A stretch of 64,000 bases of DNA from the human T2T-CHM13v2.0 reference genome, Homo sapiens. Positions 60,626-64,000 of this stretch are shown here, one piece after another. Where the stretch lies: assembly GCF_009914755.1 (NCBI RefSeq), contig NC_060925.1, one strand, 5' to 3'. The position numbers and the translations under genes are program-made. Below the pieces are notes generated by a model. It had not been told where the DNA came from, made no database searches, and was given only the letters and a program-made list of their open reading frames with translations. Position 1 is the first letter of the stretch; each line of letters opens with the position of its first letter.

Positions 60626-62008
60626 TGCCAATATTAGCAGCATGCTGCTGGCCAGGGCAAACTCAGCCCCACAGGGTGGGCACCCCTGGAGCCCCCAAGC
60701 CTGAAAGGAGGGAGTGTGCGGAGTGGGCCTGTGCTCTCCAGTCCTCATTTTCAGCCTGTGAAGCCGCAGCCACTGTGGTGACCCGGGCAGTTAGAAATTG
60801 TGCTTTCTCTTCGTTTCTAAGGAAATCAGCTTCCTGAAGCTAAACAGTGATTAGAACAGTCCTGTTTCATGGTTGCCTTTGAGAGCCATATGACCCTTCA
60901 GTGGCTTCGGCAGTCGCTGGCTGCCCCTGTTGGGACACGTCTCTGCTGGGACACACCCCTGCTGGAGAACCTGGACTTGTGGGCAGGCAGAGCCTTCCTG
61001 CAGACCTGGCCCTTCCCATGGGGGCTGTGCTCGAGAAGGCTGCATGCCTCTCCAGGTCCCAGGGGAAGCAGCAAGGGGCCTCCGGGGCCCCTGCCAGCTC
61101 TTAACACACACCAGATGGACAGCCCGCTGACCACGCTCTTCTCAGTGGAGAGCCGGGTGGGAACTGTGCCAGGGGATGCCGCCCCAACTCTGCACAGCAG
61201 GTCTCCTCTCGCCCCCGGCCTCTGCACGGGTGACTCAGTGTGGTCCACACACAGCCAACATTCTCCCAGGTGGCTCAAGAATCAAATACAGCTTATTTTA
61301 TGTATAGCTCAAGGTGATTTCTCAGCCTCCTGCCTCCCATCCCACTTTATGTCCAAAGAAGGCTTAGTCCATTGGGCAGCCTTCTGCCTGCTCTGCAGAC
61401 ACGCCTCTGGCAAATTCCATCAAGACGCTACTGCTTCTGTCTCAGGGTTAGCACTGGGCTCTCCTTGCCTAAGTCCTGGGGGGTTTGAAAGATCCTGTGT
61501 GCCCTACAGCAGCCCTGTCCTGCCACCCCCTCTGGCCCAGGAGGAGCCCCCCGCCCCCCGCAGAGTTGCTGGGGACCACCCTGGAACAAGTGACAGCTGT
61601 TGGAAGTGTGGTTTTTCAATTTTAGTTTAGGAGAGAAAACTGATTTCCAAATACTTGGGTTCACTGTGCTGCTGAATAACAACATTCACGGCCCAGGTGC
61701 CCACCGGGAGGCACGCTGCCCCGAGGGCTGCAAAGCCCCATGTTAGCACTGCCTCCCGGAGCTCCCACGAGCCCTGACTCCGGCCCCGAGACAGAAATGA
61801 AAGCAACAGGGCACAGCGAATAATGCTATCTTTCTGCTTCTGTGACAAGTCTCAGGTGCTAAACAAAGAGAAGGACATTTCCCAGATCTCCAAGTTAGTC
61901 CACAAAACCGACAGCTCTGATGGCTCGCAGAGCTCTGTATTAGCGGGTGTTCAGGGGAAATACAAAACATCATCGAGAGCCTGGTCCCTGTCTAGGATTT
62001 AATAATCA

Positions 62009-62481
<473 letters not shown>

Positions 62482-63008
62482 TCAGGAGAGAAAGCAGATA
62501 TATATCACAAACCTCTTGCTTACGTGAGAACTACGGTGTTTCTCAAGGTCTCACTTGTGAAATGGTGGGTCACCTTTTTCCCTCTCATAAGCCTGGCCTG
62601 TTTAATAAACTCTATGTATACGTGTGTCAGCAGAGGGTGAGTGGAGAGTTTAAAGACCTTATCCGGGACCCCAGAATGGCAGATGAGGGAAGGGAATGAG
62701 GTTCATGAGCACACTGTGCCCCCATTCCAGCCTGCTCCTGCCTGCTCTACAGACGCATTCGCTGAAACGTACCACGGATTAGCAGAAGGGTGGTTTGCAG
62801 TGCATGTGCATAATGCTCAGGCTTGCAAAGGGCGGAAGGTCGCCAGGGGTTCTGAGCATCTCCAAAACTTCACGACAGAGGCCAACCCACCTGGGAACAC
62901 AGTGACACTGGGACCCGAAGCCCCAGGAAGGTGGGCTCACTTTCGTTGTTAGTGGTGTCTCCGCTGCGAGGTCCATTCACGGCTCGTGTCTCCTCTTGTG
63001 TCTGACAG

Positions 63009-63102
63009 GCTGAAGTGTGTGCAGGCACCGTGGCAGAGGTGATCCAGTCTGTGGTCAACGGGGCAGATGGCTGCGTGTTCTGTTTCGGCCACGCCAAACT
63101 GG
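63009..63102 (+). CDS. KIF26B: KIF26B internal coding exon containing the first half of the P-loop (probably exon 7)
   Basis: Acceptor tctcctcttgtgtctgacag|GCT and donor CTGG|gttcgt. 94 nt, encoding [31 protein letters not shown]+G, in frame with the previous exon. Matches the kinesin GYNGTIFAYGQTGSGKT region in its KIF26-type form. Not in the ORF track. Confidence 0.93.
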
Positions 63103-64000
63103 GTTCGTGAGAGTTTCACTTTCTCATGCGGCTCGTTGAGCTCCCTGTCATCCCATGCATTCCTCTGTCTCCCTCCCAGAGTTCTCTGATGACAGGAAGG
63201 GCTGCGTTTCTCTTAGGTGTTGAGCTGAATAACCAATAACAAGTTATACGACGAAAACCTATGTTGTTCATTGTAGGTGGACACCCATTCATGTAGGAAA
63301 GCCTTCAAGTCCAAATAGATGGAAAGAGAAGTAGCAGAGTTGTTCCCACTTGGTCCAGGTCAGAGTCAAGCCCAGAAGGCAGGCAGGAAAATATTCATTT
63401 CCTGAGCAGCCGCTGTTTGGGAAGCAGATAGGGCCCCTTGCACCACCGCACCCATGAGGATGTGGGTTGGTGGTTGGACCCCTGTAAAAGCCAGAGGAGC
63501 AACCTCCAAGCAAAGCCCAGAGCCCAGGGCGCGTCTGGAGAAAGCAGTGCACACCGTCGGGAACACTCCAGCGCTGAAGCGTCTGGGAAAGGAGGCAGCA
63601 GAGCCCCCCAACAAGGGGTTCATAAATCCCCCCACAGTCCCATCTTACTTCTGACCTGTGGCCATCTGCTCCCCAGGCCTTGCCCTTACACGCTTGATAT
63701 GTTTAGTGAATTGAGGAGCTTCAAAAACTGTCCCTTGGCAGAGATTCCAACAGAGGCCTTGCTGGAGCTCACAGAGGCCAGTTCTCAGCCAGGACAGAAA
63801 GCCATTGCCTCTCTCTGCACTTCCGTCCTCCCCAGCCCTTTCTCTTGATCTTGATGTAAGCAGTGATCTGGGTTTTAATAGAATTTGCTCATGCCATAAA
63901 AATATACACAGCATTTAACTTGAGACAGGATATAAAGTGTGAATATGTGGACTTAATCTGGGGGGTAACTATAAAAAGAACCATAATGATGATGAAAAAG

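Noticed and set aside
60869-61630. 253-aa ORF, the longest in the track
   Set aside because: Intronic, GC-rich, no recognisable domain and not kinesin-like; most likely a chance ORF.

Overview
Primate, almost certainly human, genomic DNA: it carries a near-consensus AluYb8, a human-specific subfamily. The window lies inside the kinesin-11 family gene KIF26B (+ strand; from memory chr1q44). Bases 1-57934 are the distal part of one very large intron. Two coding exons of the N-terminal motor domain follow: 57935-58141 (207 nt, VKVMLRIC...DASQ) and 63009-63102 (94 nt, AEVCAG...GHAKL/G, the start of the non-canonical P-loop). The rest is repeat-rich intron with about 30 Alu copies or fragments, a 4.9-kb antisense 5'-truncated L1PA, LTRs (MLT2, MSTA, MSTB, MLT1), DNA-transposon fossils (MER1B, MER44A, MER20, MER5A, Tigger3), MIR/L2 relics, microsatellites and a 41-bp VNTR. 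There is no prokaryotic content and no CRISPR array, and nearly all ORF-track entries are repeat artefacts. The most unusual unexplained structure is a 242-bp CpG-dense segment (45455-45696) that I cannot assign to a repeat family. It is bracketed by a 22-bp direct repeat, has no poly(A) tail, and carries a perfect NRF1 site and a G-quadruplex motif, so it looks like a captured promoter-like fragment. Repeat subfamily calls are from recalled consensus sequences and need RepeatMasker/Dfam confirmation.
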